This document shows positions 9,378 to 18,206 of a stretch of 64,000 nt of DNA, piece by piece. The position numbers were made by a program, and so were the translations under genes. The notes under the pieces were generated by a model. The model did not search any database and had not been told where the DNA came from. It saw only the letters and a program-made list of their open reading frames with translations. The stretch is from a virus: positions 9,784-73,783 of the IMG/VR virus record IMGVR_UViG_3300050138_000571; one strand, written 5' to 3'. The stretch's first letter is position 1; each line of letters opens with the position of its first letter.

Positions 9378-9433
9378 TGGCTTTGGTCCTTTTGGGTCCC
9401 ACTAAAGGGCGCCGTGTTTGGTAACTGATCCCT

Positions 9434-9445
9434 CTATAGCGAACG
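9434..9445 (-). promoter_or_regulatory. Phage promoter motif A
   Basis: Exact 12-mer, intergenic. Confidence 0.8.
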
Positions 9446-9447
9446 AC

Positions 9448-9759
9448 CTAGTTGAGGGACTTCTTGGGATCCAGGAACGTCTCCACCTCGATCAGCTCCC
9501 CGAGAGCGTCGTATTCGCAGAGCACGACGCGAACGTGCTCCTCGGACGTGCGGGCGGAACTCAGGACGTCCGAGAGCTTGTTCGTCGCGACGACGGACTT
9601 GATCCCGAAGAAGACGCTCAGTACGTCCTTGGCCTGGGCGGCCTCATGTTTCGTGCGGTACACGCGCAAGGTCAGTGACTTGTTCGCGAGATCAATCTCG
9701 GAGAAGGCCGATCCGAGATCGTCGAGGTAGAAGACCGCCTCTGGGACCCGCAAAGTCAT
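9448..9759 (-). CDS. Hypothetical protein
   Basis: ATG 9759 overlaps the upstream TGA (ATGA coupling). Confidence 0.55.
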   Translation of the reverse strand: MTLRVPEAVFYLDDLGSAFSEIDLANKSLTLRVYRTKHEAAQAKDVLSVFFGIKSVVATNKLSDVLSSARTSEEHVRVVLCEYDALGELIEVETFLDPKKSLN

Positions 9760-9992
9760 GCCGCCGCCTTGTGGCATTCGAAGTCGTGCTCGCAGGCCTT
9801 GCAGTAGCGCTCCGAAGAACCACTGTCACCGCCCTTGAACTCCCCGCAGACCGCGGGAAGGTGTTGCGGGTCAGCGTACGACAGGGGATCGCAAATGCAC
9901 CCCTCGGGCCGAACCGGAGGCCGGAAGGCGTGATGTGAGCCAGAGCGCTCACCGCAGCCCGGTTCTACGCAGACGTCGTGATCGAAGTCCAT
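9756..9992 (-). CDS. Small Cys/His-rich protein
   Basis: CVEPGCG..H, CICD, CGEF, CKACEH..CH; coupled to neighbours. Confidence 0.5.
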   Translation of the reverse strand: MDFDHDVCVEPGCGERSGSHHAFRPPVRPEGCICDPLSYADPQHLPAVCGEFKGGDSGSSERYCKACEHDFECHKAAA

Positions 9993-9993
9993 T

Positions 9994-10257
9994 TCAGACC
10001 CCCTCCTCGATAACGTCGCAGACCTCTGTGTAGGGCTCCGGATAGAAGCCTTGCGTGAGTTCGGGAGGCGTGATGCCGACCCGATTCATGTGCAACATGA
10101 CGGCGCCGGTCCAGGAAAGGACCTGCTTGTCCGACTCCGTCATATCCGTGGTCATGCCCTTGAGGCGGCACCGGGAGGGGAGCGCCTGGAACGCTACGAT
10201 GGCCCCTTCTCGAATGGCCACGATGTCCCGCATCCCAAACTTGAAGTCCTTGTCCAT
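9994..10257 (-). CDS. Hypothetical protein
   Basis: ATG 8 nt from the motif at 10265. Confidence 0.6.
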   Translation of the reverse strand: MDKDFKFGMRDIVAIREGAIVAFQALPSRCRLKGMTTDMTESDKQVLSWTGAVMLHMNRVGITPPELTQGFYPEPYTEVCDVIEEGV

Positions 10258-10264
10258 ACCCTGC

Positions 10265-10276
10265 CTATAGCGAACG
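10265..10276 (-). promoter_or_regulatory. Phage promoter motif A
   Basis: Exact 12-mer, 8 nt before ATG 10257. Confidence 0.8.
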
Positions 10277-10281
10277 CCCCC

Positions 10282-12402
10282 TTATTCGATCCGCGACTCC
10301 CCGTCCTCGTAGGTCACGTTTATGACGTTCTCGAAGGCGCCTTGCATTTCCGAGGCGTGATCCACCACAATGACCAGGCGGTCCTTGCTGTACTTCTGCA
10401 GGATCTCGACGCATGAGTCCTTGCTCACAGCGTCAAGGCCATCAAAGCTCTCGTCGAGGATTAGCCAGCCCGGGCACACGCCCGAGCGTCGACTGATGAC
10501 TGCCCCCACGGCCAGGTCGGTCGCGAGTTCCACTGTCGTCAACATTCCCCCACTCAGACCGCCCTTGATCGACGTCTCATTCCCGTGAACGGTCAACACG
10601 GGCTTGATCTCCTTCGAAACCTCGCCTTTCTGGGTCACGTTCTCGGAGCGAAACTCCAGGGTGACGTGGCGTGTGTTCGCGACGCTGCCGAGCACGTCGT
10701 TCGTCTCGTCGCCGATCTCTTGCAGGACCTCGTCGAAAATGAGCCCAAGGAATCCTTCGCGGCCGATCAGGTGTGCGAAGTCGCGCTCGGCCCGTAGGCC
10801 AGAGTCAAGGATTTGGCGATGCCCTTTAACGGCCGCAAGCTCGTCAGAGATGGCCTTCGCTTGCTTCTCCTGGGTCTGAAGCCTCGTCGCCTGGATACGC
10901 AGCTCCGTGAGCCCATCCATGTCCTTGGACAGCGCGCGGCGCTCGACCTCCATCTCGACTAGTTGCGCCTGAGTCGAGGTTGCCGTCAGTGCCATGCACC
11001 GGGAAGCTTCCTTCTGTAGCTCCATCTCGATCTGCGACAGCTCCGCGTCGGCGACGGCGATCTCTTTTCGCCTCTCTGACTGGAGGAGTGCGGTCGCGCC
11101 TCGAAGTTTCTGCTGCTCGGTGGCTAACTGGCCCGACGCTACGGAGGCGACCTCGTGGAGCTTCGCTATCGTAGGGTTCGGCTCGAAGCGGGGAAGTGCA
11201 GCGATTTGGGCGGTCAGATCCTCTGCCATGGCGGCGAAACCCAGGGCGGTGGAGATCTTGTCGTCCAAGGCCGCGATCGAGGCCGTGAGCTTCTCTCGGT
11301 GATTGCACGCCTTATCCCAGTCGCGTTCGCAGGTCGGGCAAATGTCAACGACGAGCTTTGCTAGCTCCTGCTCGGCCGACGCCTTCTCTCGGACAAAACC
11401 GGCCTTGGCCGCAGCCTTGGCCGAGAGCGCGAGCCTCTCCGTGTTTAGGGAGTGATTCTTGGCATCCGCTTCCTTTCGTCGAAGATTGTCCTCGTTCGTC
11501 AGTCTCTTGAGTCGCACGTCGCATTGGGCGACTAGCGCCTCCAATCGGGAGATTTCCGCCTCGACTGCGGGGTCGCTCTGCGGCTGGGCGGTCCGTAGCT
11601 CGGAACGCAGGAAAGCGCAACGGGCCTTAGCCACCTCTACCCTCGCCTGGAAGGCATCTCCGAACTGCATCAGATCGCGATTGCCGGCGGCCTGGATCGC
11701 TTCTACTTGGGCAGCCAGGGAGTCGAGGCGCGCTCTCCTCTCTTCCGTCCGGGCCTTGAGCTGCATGCCCGCGGCCATGACCTCTTCCAGGTTGTTCTCG
11801 GGCGCGAGAGTCGTCAGTTGGCGCTCCAGGCCGCAGATCTGCGCGTCTTGGGCGCCAATCTCTTTCTCTCCCGCCGAAATGGCGGCAGCGCTCAGCTTCG
11901 CCTGCTCCTCGAATTTGTCCAAACCCAGGACCGGCGTCAGGAACGCCTTCTTCTCTGAGTCGGTCTTGGAAAGGAAGATGCCAGGTTGGCGCTGGCCTCG
12001 GTAGGTAAGGGCGAGCACCGTATCCATGTCGAGGCCGCCGAACAGCGAGCGGATGCGCTCTTCCTTTTGGGGGTTCGAACCCTTCTCTGGGGCGCCACCG
12101 ATTACGACGTCGAGTTTCTTGGCACGCTGAATAGTGATCGGGACGTCATCGTTCTTGAGCCCGAGAAGCGACGAGGCTGGCTGCTTGGAACCCCAGGACT
12201 GCAAGAGCGTGCCCGGGACCTCGCACGCCCCGAACGGGTAGTTGATGCCCATTGCGACGCTGGACTTACCACCACCCGACGATCCGCCGGTGTCTAGGTT
12301 CTTGCTTGCCAGCAAATAGAGACCGGTCGGCGCGAACTGGATCCGCGCCTTCTTCACGAACGAGCGAAAGCCTGTCAGTTCGAGATAGTCAAGAGTCAAC
12401 AT
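10282..12402 (-). CDS. SMC-family SbcC/Rad50/gp46-like ATPase
   Basis: Walker A GGSSGGGKSS, long coiled coil with CPTC zinc hook, LSGG signature, LILDESF Walker B, VVDH. Confidence 0.9.
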   Translation of the reverse strand: MLTLDYLELTGFRSFVKKARIQFAPTGLYLLASKNLDTGGSSGGGKSSVAMGINYPFGACEVPGTLLQSWGSKQPASSLLGLKNDDVPITIQRAKKLDVVIGGAPEKGSNPQKEERIRSLFGGLDMDTVLALTYRGQRQPGIFLSKTDSEKKAFLTPVLGLDKFEEQAKLSAAAISAGEKEIGAQDAQICGLERQLTTLAPENNLEEVMAAGMQLKARTEERRARLDSLAAQVEAIQAAGNRDLMQFGDAFQARVEVAKARCAFLRSELRTAQPQSDPAVEAEISRLEALVAQCDVRLKRLTNEDNLRRKEADAKNHSLNTERLALSAKAAAKAGFVREKASAEQELAKLVVDICPTCERDWDKACNHREKLTASIAALDDKISTALGFAAMAEDLTAQIAALPRFEPNPTIAKLHEVASVASGQLATEQQKLRGATALLQSERRKEIAVADAELSQIEMELQKEASRCMALTATSTQAQLVEMEVERRALSKDMDGLTELRIQATRLQTQEKQAKAISDELAAVKGHRQILDSGLRAERDFAHLIGREGFLGLIFDEVLQEIGDETNDVLGSVANTRHVTLEFRSENVTQKGEVSKEIKPVLTVHGNETSIKGGLSGGMLTTVELATDLAVGAVISRRSGVCPGWLILDESFDGLDAVSKDSCVEILQKYSKDRLVIVVDHASEMQGAFENVINVTYEDGESRIE

Positions 12403-12643
12403 CGTCGATGACCCTGCTTTCGGCTCGCTCTCGGAATAGCCGCTCGGCCTCCGGGTGCCGCTCCACTCGCCGAGTCATCAGGCCGTTGTCGATCGTCTCG
12501 ACGACCTCGCTGGACGTGGCCGGCGTGCTGCGGGCCAATATCTCGCCGCAGGCGCAGTATTGTGGCTGGATCTGCTCGCCTGGCTCCAGCATCTTGCGGA
12601 CCGTTTTGTCGCAGACGGCGCAGAAGAATCTGTAGAGAGGCAT
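12389..12643 (-). CDS. FmdB-like zinc-ribbon protein
   Basis: MPLYRFFCAVC...CACG N-terminal pattern. Confidence 0.65.
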   Translation of the reverse strand: MPLYRFFCAVCDKTVRKMLEPGEQIQPQYCACGEILARSTPATSSEVVETIDNGLMTRRVERHPEAERLFRERAESRVIDDVDS

Positions 12644-12844
12644 CTATTGAGCCGCGTCCCAGTTCTCGGCTTTTGGCGCCAGAGCCGCGTCAACCAACTC
12701 CGGATCCATGTCGTCGTCGAGATCGGACTCGGCGATGTCGAGGGTACGGTCGTTCTTGACCTTGACGAAGACAGTCACCAGGGCGGCCATGAAAAGCAAA
12801 ATCAGTACAGCAGAGATCATCTTGGCTCCTATTCCGAGTCCCAT
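12644..12844 (-). CDS. Small membrane protein with acidic tail
   Basis: Hydrophobic stretch ISAVLILLFMAALVTVFV; follows the motif at 12862. Confidence 0.5.
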   Translation of the reverse strand: MGLGIGAKMISAVLILLFMAALVTVFVKVKNDRTLDIAESDLDDDMDPELVDAALAPKAENWDAAQ

Positions 12845-12861
12845 TCCTGGGCACCTGATAC

Positions 12862-12873
12862 CTATAGCGAACG
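12862..12873 (-). promoter_or_regulatory. Phage promoter motif A
   Basis: Exact 12-mer after the groEL stop. Confidence 0.8.
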
Positions 12874-12878
12874 CCCCG

Positions 12879-14651
12879 TCACTCGGCGAACGCTTGTTGT
12901 GGTTCATCAACCGTCTCTCGCATGAACTGCGCCGTAGACTTGGCCTCGGCTCGTTCCAGCTCGGAGTCGCGGGGGATGACTACGAGTCCTCCCAACGTGC
13001 CATGTTGTGAGGCGATGGAGATCGAGTTGCGGATGGCCTCCACGACGGCCGGGGTGCTGTCGAGGACGCCCGCCTTGTACGGATCGACGTGCTCCCAGTT
13101 GAGGAAGTCGTAGACCACGGGTGCGGTGTCGGCGGCGATGGGGCCCATGATGCCGGCCAGGATTTCCTGGGCCTCGTTCACGTCGTAGATCCCGCAGTTC
13201 GACATCAGTCGCTTGAACGGCTCGATGAGCGACTTGCGCAGGACCTCCCTGTTGATGTCGTTGTCGGGAAGCTCGTGAAGGACCTTCAAGAGCGTCCAGG
13301 CGCCTCCCGGCAGGCAGCCCGACTTGATGGCGCCGCGGACGGCGCAGACGGCGTCGTCTGCCCGGTCGCGCTTTTCCTTCAGCTCGCCATTGGACACGCC
13401 GAACACCTTGAGGTTGGCGATCCCGTTGGCGAGGTTGGCTTTCCGCTTTCGGATAGACATCGCGTCCAGCTCCGACTCCGGTGCCAGGAGCTGCTGCTCC
13501 AGCTCCTCGACTCGTATCCCGAGCAAGCCCGGGTCCGCGTGCCCGATGATCGTAGAGCGGAATCGCGAGGCCTCGAATCTCGTAACTCCTGGCCCCAGGT
13601 CGTCCAGCTCGGCTTGTTCCGGCGGACTGGAAATGGGGTCGAGGAGCTTGGCCCCCGTGATCGCCTGCAAGTCCTTGAGGAAGTCCGACTGCCCGTTCGA
13701 GAACGGGTTCGGAGGAATCATGAGAGGAAACACGTTGATCGTGCGTTGGTCTGGAAAGTTGGTCGCGAGGTCGGCCAGCACGGAATCCGAGAAGCCGGTG
13801 GCGACCAGCACCACGTTGCAATGTGGATAGTCCTTGGCGGTCCCCCAGTGGAACCCGATCTTCTCCAGAAGCATCTGAACGGTCTGGATATTGGAGAGGT
13901 GCCCGTTGAAGAGGACAAAAACCGGCTTATCGAGGACGCAGCGCTGGGTGCCGGAGTCGTTGATGAACACTGAGCTGTAGCGCATGCAGCAGTCGTCGTA
14001 GCCGATGTGGACAGGGAAGCCCTCCACGCGCTCGACCTCGTACCTGGGGGGGCCACTGTTCTCCGAAATTGTGACATTGCCTTCGTCTCCGGTGATCCGG
14101 AAGCATTCGAGGACCGCGTCGGCCAGGTCGGTGTCTCCGTTGGCCGAAATCGTGGCCACGGCCTTGAGAAGGGCCTGACCTTCGGCAGTGTCGGGGTCCG
14201 CCTTCCGGGAGAGCTGGGCGATCAGGGGTGCGATGACGTCCCGAAAAGTCTTCTCCAGGTGGCGCACGATCTTCTGGGGAGAGATCTGACGGTTCGACTC
14301 GCAGTAGGCGTAGAGATGACGGACGATCGACTCAGCCAGGATCGTGGCCGTGGTCGTTCCGTCCCCAGCCTCAGTGGCAGTGCGCTTGGCAGCATCTCGG
14401 GCCGTCTCCATGATGACGTGCGCGGCTGCGTCCTCGAAGCCGAGGGACTGGAACACGGTCACGCCGTCCTTGGTGATGATGGGCGGGACACCGTTTTCGT
14501 AACGTTCGATGAGAACCACCTGGCCGCCCGGGCCCAACGTGGATCCGACGATGTCGGAGATCGTCTTCATGGTCTCCAGGATCACCTTCTTGAGCCGGGG
14601 ACCTCTGACTTCGATGCGCTTGCCGGTCGACTTGACCTTTTTGTAGTCCAT
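12879..14651 (-). CDS. groEL: Phage GroEL-like chaperonin
   Basis: STLGPGG, ITKDGVTV, AGDGTTTAT, DDAVCAVRGA..SG.LPGG motifs. Confidence 0.92.
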   Translation of the reverse strand: MDYKKVKSTGKRIEVRGPRLKKVILETMKTISDIVGSTLGPGGQVVLIERYENGVPPIITKDGVTVFQSLGFEDAAAHVIMETARDAAKRTATEAGDGTTTATILAESIVRHLYAYCESNRQISPQKIVRHLEKTFRDVIAPLIAQLSRKADPDTAEGQALLKAVATISANGDTDLADAVLECFRITGDEGNVTISENSGPPRYEVERVEGFPVHIGYDDCCMRYSSVFINDSGTQRCVLDKPVFVLFNGHLSNIQTVQMLLEKIGFHWGTAKDYPHCNVVLVATGFSDSVLADLATNFPDQRTINVFPLMIPPNPFSNGQSDFLKDLQAITGAKLLDPISSPPEQAELDDLGPGVTRFEASRFRSTIIGHADPGLLGIRVEELEQQLLAPESELDAMSIRKRKANLANGIANLKVFGVSNGELKEKRDRADDAVCAVRGAIKSGCLPGGAWTLLKVLHELPDNDINREVLRKSLIEPFKRLMSNCGIYDVNEAQEILAGIMGPIAADTAPVVYDFLNWEHVDPYKAGVLDSTPAVVEAIRNSISIASQHGTLGGLVVIPRDSELERAEAKSTAQFMRETVDEPQQAFAE

Positions 14652-14660
14652 GTAGTCTCT

Positions 14661-14672
14661 CTATAGCGAACG
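14661..14672 (-). promoter_or_regulatory. Phage promoter motif A
   Basis: Exact 12-mer, 10 nt before groEL. Confidence 0.8.
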
Positions 14673-14677
14673 GGGGG

Positions 14678-15673
14678 TCAAAATTTCGGTGTGCCGAACA
14701 CGCTGGATGAAAGGGTCAGGCCTGGAATGCTGATCGCTCCCCGCTTGGCTTGCTTCAGCGGCCACAGTCTGCCTCCCGGCAACTCGATCTCCTCTCCGTC
14801 CTCGACGAAGCGCTCGATGTCGTACTGACTGAAGGCGGGCTCGCATTTGGTGTCGTTGTACGTCTCGGCCAATGATTGGATCGCGTCTCGGGAGAGTCCG
14901 TACCCCCACAGCGTCCAGATGACTGACAGGGCCGTCCTGCGCCCGCCCGAGCCCTCGATTGCTGGCGGAGCCTGATGTTCGATGTAGTACGCGGCCTGCT
15001 TGAATCGATCCTCAAGCGACGTTCCAGCCAGCCTGCGTGCCGCCTCTTCTTCGTCCACCTCGGACGTGTGTCTAGGCGGCTCAGGGGGCGCCGGAAACGC
15101 CGCCGCAACCTCTGCCAGGGTAAACCGACGAGAATTCGCCTGCAGAAGCGTCACTAGAAATGGATCAGATTTTTGGTGCAGAAACCCGGGGATGCGCATC
15201 GCCTTCGTCGGGTCAGCGACCGAGACGTCGCCCCCCAGGGCTCTGGCCAGACCACGTTGAGCAGGTCGCCACGCGTTTATGTCACGGTCGGAATCGGCCA
15301 AAATGTAGTAATTGTGCTGCCCCTTTTTGGACTGGACCGTGAGCGAGGGGGCTAACGTCTTGGAGAGGGAGTCAAACGTAACTGGCACGTCGCCGCCGTC
15401 CCAGTCCAGCCAAAGCGCCCGAGCCCGAATGATGTTCGATTCGCGGCGACCACACAGATCCGTTTCGTTGGGACAGATCGACACGCATGCACCATGAAGG
15501 TTCGCCAGCTCGAATTCATCCCAGAGATCGACCAGTCGTCCGTGCCTAACGGCCGGCCGCACCCCACACCCTTTGACCTCGGGAATGATCTGGTACGTAC
15601 TCGGGACGTCGTTCCCGGTCAGTGCCTCTACGAAGCGGAGGGTGTCATCGAAATTGCTGGTTGCGAACTCCAT
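14678..15673 (-). CDS. RepB-type (AEP superfamily) DNA primase with C-terminal PriCT-like domain
   Basis: LWLDWDG, SKKGQHNYY, D.SVAD...MRIPGF.HQK; C-terminal helical EG.GG...YN..KC.P. ATG 15673 overlaps the dnaB stop. Confidence 0.75.
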   Translation of the reverse strand: MEFATSNFDDTLRFVEALTGNDVPSTYQIIPEVKGCGVRPAVRHGRLVDLWDEFELANLHGACVSICPNETDLCGRRESNIIRARALWLDWDGGDVPVTFDSLSKTLAPSLTVQSKKGQHNYYILADSDRDINAWRPAQRGLARALGGDVSVADPTKAMRIPGFLHQKSDPFLVTLLQANSRRFTLAEVAAAFPAPPEPPRHTSEVDEEEAARRLAGTSLEDRFKQAAYYIEHQAPPAIEGSGGRRTALSVIWTLWGYGLSRDAIQSLAETYNDTKCEPAFSQYDIERFVEDGEEIELPGGRLWPLKQAKRGAISIPGLTLSSSVFGTPKF

Positions 15674-17139
15674 CAGTCGGCCGTAGCTTGGCGGGGGACC
15701 CGGATCGCTACCCCCGACGCCCAGTTCGGCATCTCGTCGGCAAACATCGGGACCCACTTAGTTCCGTAGCTCCGCAGTCTGCCGGGCAGGTAATGCTGAC
15801 GGTACTGACCGGCACCTCGATCAAAAAAACACACAGCCACAATGTCCGTTCGCTCTGCTCCGTACAGTCGCGACTTAGCCAGACGAACGAGGGTCGGGAC
15901 AGTACCCCTGAGGTCGATGTTAGGGGGCAGCGTAGGCAAAGTGAACGCGTCCTCTTCGAGCCCCGAGGTGTTGCCGATCAGAATTACCTGGGTCGCGATC
16001 TTGCTGATGTCCGAACTACCCATGATCTTTTCCATGGGCGGCAAGATGGCTGCGTACTTCCCGACTTCGGGCTTAGAGAAGTGGGCGGCGGCGATGATGG
16101 GCTGTCCCTTCGTGAGGGTGATCTCTCGCAGTTTCTGGACGATCTTCTTCTGCATGCCGTATTCGTTGACGTTGCGGTCGTCGCTGTCGGTGTCGACGTA
16201 GTGGAGGTGGTCCAACAGGATGAGATCGTGACCATCTTTCGACGCGCGAACGATCGCTCGCTCCATCTCCTGGATGCCGAAAGTGGCGGAGTTGCGATAG
16301 AGGGTGTGCAGCGAGGTGTATTTGGTAGCAAATAGGCGCTGAGCCTCGGCTTCGAATGGTGCCAACTCCACTTCGTACCGGCCGTTGCTGAACTTACCCC
16401 AATCGAGGTGCATGGCCCCGGGATTCGCCGCCCTCCAAAGCCTGCAGATGATTGGCCATTTCAGGCGGCGCTGCATCTCTCCCGCGTATGCTTCCAGAGC
16501 CAACAGGAACGCACTTCTACCCGGGGCGCCTTCGCGTACCTTGGACACGTTCCTGGCGATCTCTGCCAGCATTTGAGACTTTCCCACACCGGTTTTGGCG
16601 GCGACGATCACCAGGTCGTTTCGAGCGACGCCGTCACTGATATCGTCGATGAATCGGATCCCAGTGTCGAGGGTCTTACCTGCGTTCCTCAGTCGGTCCT
16701 GGTACTCGATCTCTCCCCACTCCGCACTCGTCCTGGTCGTGTAGGCGGCGCCGGTTTCGTCGACTGACCGATACGCGACTACCGTTCGATCCATCGTGTC
16801 GATGATCTTGGCGGCGTCGATTTCCCCGTCTAGGTCCTTGTATCCGGTCTTGATGATCTCGATGGCGCGAGCTGTCTTCAGTTCCGGTGCAAGGGTTTCG
16901 AATCCGATCTCGGAGCTGGCGAGCCGGGCCTCGGTCAGGATATCCGAGGAGGCCCCCTGGGCAACCAGCTCCAGTTCCGAACCGAGTCGGTGAAAATCGG
17001 TAAAGAACTGTTGAGCTACATCCCACTCTTTTGCCGCGGGGCCGAGATCCGGCCGAAGGTTCACTACGGCCTCGAATATTCGAACGTCGGTGATGGCGTG
17101 CCCGATCGTGGCGAGCTGCTGGAGGCGAGTCAGGGGCAT
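15673..17139 (-). CDS. dnaB: DnaB-like replicative helicase
   Basis: Walker A AAKTGVGKS, FLLALE, LLDHLHY, AAHFSK, GSSDI, LAKSR. Confidence 0.8.
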   Translation of the reverse strand: MPLTRLQQLATIGHAITDVRIFEAVVNLRPDLGPAAKEWDVAQQFFTDFHRLGSELELVAQGASSDILTEARLASSEIGFETLAPELKTARAIEIIKTGYKDLDGEIDAAKIIDTMDRTVVAYRSVDETGAAYTTRTSAEWGEIEYQDRLRNAGKTLDTGIRFIDDISDGVARNDLVIVAAKTGVGKSQMLAEIARNVSKVREGAPGRSAFLLALEAYAGEMQRRLKWPIICRLWRAANPGAMHLDWGKFSNGRYEVELAPFEAEAQRLFATKYTSLHTLYRNSATFGIQEMERAIVRASKDGHDLILLDHLHYVDTDSDDRNVNEYGMQKKIVQKLREITLTKGQPIIAAAHFSKPEVGKYAAILPPMEKIMGSSDISKIATQVILIGNTSGLEEDAFTLPTLPPNIDLRGTVPTLVRLAKSRLYGAERTDIVAVCFFDRGAGQYRQHYLPGRLRSYGTKWVPMFADEMPNWASGVAIRVPRQATAD

Positions 17140-17147
17140 TGAGTGTC

Positions 17148-17159
17148 CTATAGCGAACG
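17148..17159 (-). promoter_or_regulatory. Phage promoter motif A
   Basis: Exact 12-mer, 9 nt before dnaB. Confidence 0.8.
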
Positions 17160-17186
17160 TCCCCGTGCGTCAGGTGCGGGCGGGGT

Positions 17187-18080
17187 TCAAACGTCCATGA
17201 GCGGGGCGTCGTCTACGGTGGAGACAAGCAAGGACGTCGGGTTCGGGGCTGGCGGCGGAGCCGGATCCTTGTATTTCGTCCAACGCTCTTCGCAGAAGGT
17301 GCGGAACGTCCCGAGGTCCTTGCGTCGGGTGGAGCTGGGGTCGTTGGTAAACCCTACCAACTGGGCATTGAGGGCGTGAACGAACGAGGCGTAATTATCG
17401 GGCGTGATGTGCTTGAAAAAGGCGGCCTCAGCGTCCGCCGGGCGCTCGTTGAATTTGGGGTTGGTCTGGCCAGGCCACTGTCCGAACAGCACACGGAAAG
17501 CCGCGGGGCCGAACACCGGCATGCCGTCGAGCAAGGCATCTGTCGCGGCGGGAGATGAAGCTGGATGGCCCGATGACCCGGCGGGCGGCGCGGGGGTTTT
17601 GGTCCCCTCAGAGCCTTTGCGAGAACTGGTTTCGCCAGACCACTCTCTCTCTCTCTCCTGACTCTGATTATGAGATGCGTAGGGCTTTGCGTTGCCATCT
17701 GCGTTCGCATTTGCGTTCGCATTTGCGATACCTCGCTCTAATGCTTTCGCATGTTTAACCTCATTTCCAAGGATGCCATTTGCAGCCAGAGTCATACTCT
17801 TGATCTGGCACTTCAGGAGTTCACTTTTGGTTCGCTTTTGGAACACTCGATCGCCCTCGATCGTGAAGAACGGGCGCAGCGTTTTCCAGACCTTGGGCCA
17901 GCGTCTCGTGCTGACCGTAGACACGCGTCGCAGGACGTTCTCGTCATAGGGTAGATCTCCACCGGCGTCGAACATCGTGAACATGAGCATCAGGTACGCG
18001 CCGTGCTCTTCTGCCGAGAGGTGAGGAGTCGCCCGGCGATAGTCCCCTGTGTAGAAGGGCAGATAGTGAGGCTTGCCCAC
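17187..18080 (-). CDS. DUF1376/YdaU-like replication initiator
   Basis: YLPFYTGDY...HLSAEEHGAYLMLM...GGDLP.D...LRR...RW......L.PFF...G....QKR N-terminal domain; ANANAN and ERERE linker; next to dnaB. Confidence 0.7.
   Translation of the reverse strand: MGKPHYLPFYTGDYRRATPHLSAEEHGAYLMLMFTMFDAGGDLPYDENVLRRVSTVSTRRWPKVWKTLRPFFTIEGDRVFQKRTKSELLKCQIKSMTLAANGILGNEVKHAKALERGIANANANANADGNAKPYASHNQSQEREREWSGETSSRKGSEGTKTPAPPAGSSGHPASSPAATDALLDGMPVFGPAAFRVLFGQWPGQTNPKFNERPADAEAAFFKHITPDNYASFVHALNAQLVGFTNDPSSTRRKDLGTFRTFCEERWTKYKDPAPPPAPNPTSLLVSTVDDAPLMDV
17689..17732. repeat. Tandem 12-nt repeats (candidate ori iterons) inside the initiator gene
   Basis: GCGTTGCCATCT GCGTTCGCATTT GCGTTCGCATTT GCGATACC; a (CT)n run lies at 17643-17657. 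Confidence 0.6.
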
Positions 18081-18127
18081 TACGCTACCTGCGTTGTGGC
18101 GAAATGGAAGTAATGCGGTTTGCCCAC
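18080..18127 (-). CDS. 15-aa leader micro-ORF MGKPHYFHFATTQVA
   Basis: GTG 10 nt from the motif at 18137. Its TAG overlaps the GTG of the initiator gene (TAGTG). First six codons encode the same MGKPHY as the initiator. Confidence 0.5.
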   Translation of the reverse strand: MGKPHYFHFATTQVA

Positions 18128-18136
18128 TTGACCTCT

Positions 18137-18148
18137 CTATAGCGAACG
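18137..18148 (-). promoter_or_regulatory. Phage promoter motif A (divergent pair, left)
   Basis: Exact 12-mer. Confidence 0.8.
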
Positions 18149-18184
18149 ACGCCTGAGTCGTGATGGTTGAGGGCGCCAGCGGTG

Positions 18185-18196
18185 CGTTCGCTATAG
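18185..18196 (+). promoter_or_regulatory. Phage promoter motif A (divergent pair, right)
   Basis: Exact 12-mer, 11 nt before the helicase. Confidence 0.8.
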
Positions 18197-18206
18197 GTAG
18201 ATCACA

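Noticed and set aside
16448-16454. CAATCAT copies at 16448, 19537 and 39298 as promoters
   Set aside because: Inside coding regions or antisense, not before a start codon; consistent with chance for a 7-mer.
17643-17657. (CT)n run as a phase-variation microsatellite
   Set aside because: Encodes the ERERE linker common in phage initiator proteins; no sign of a frame break.
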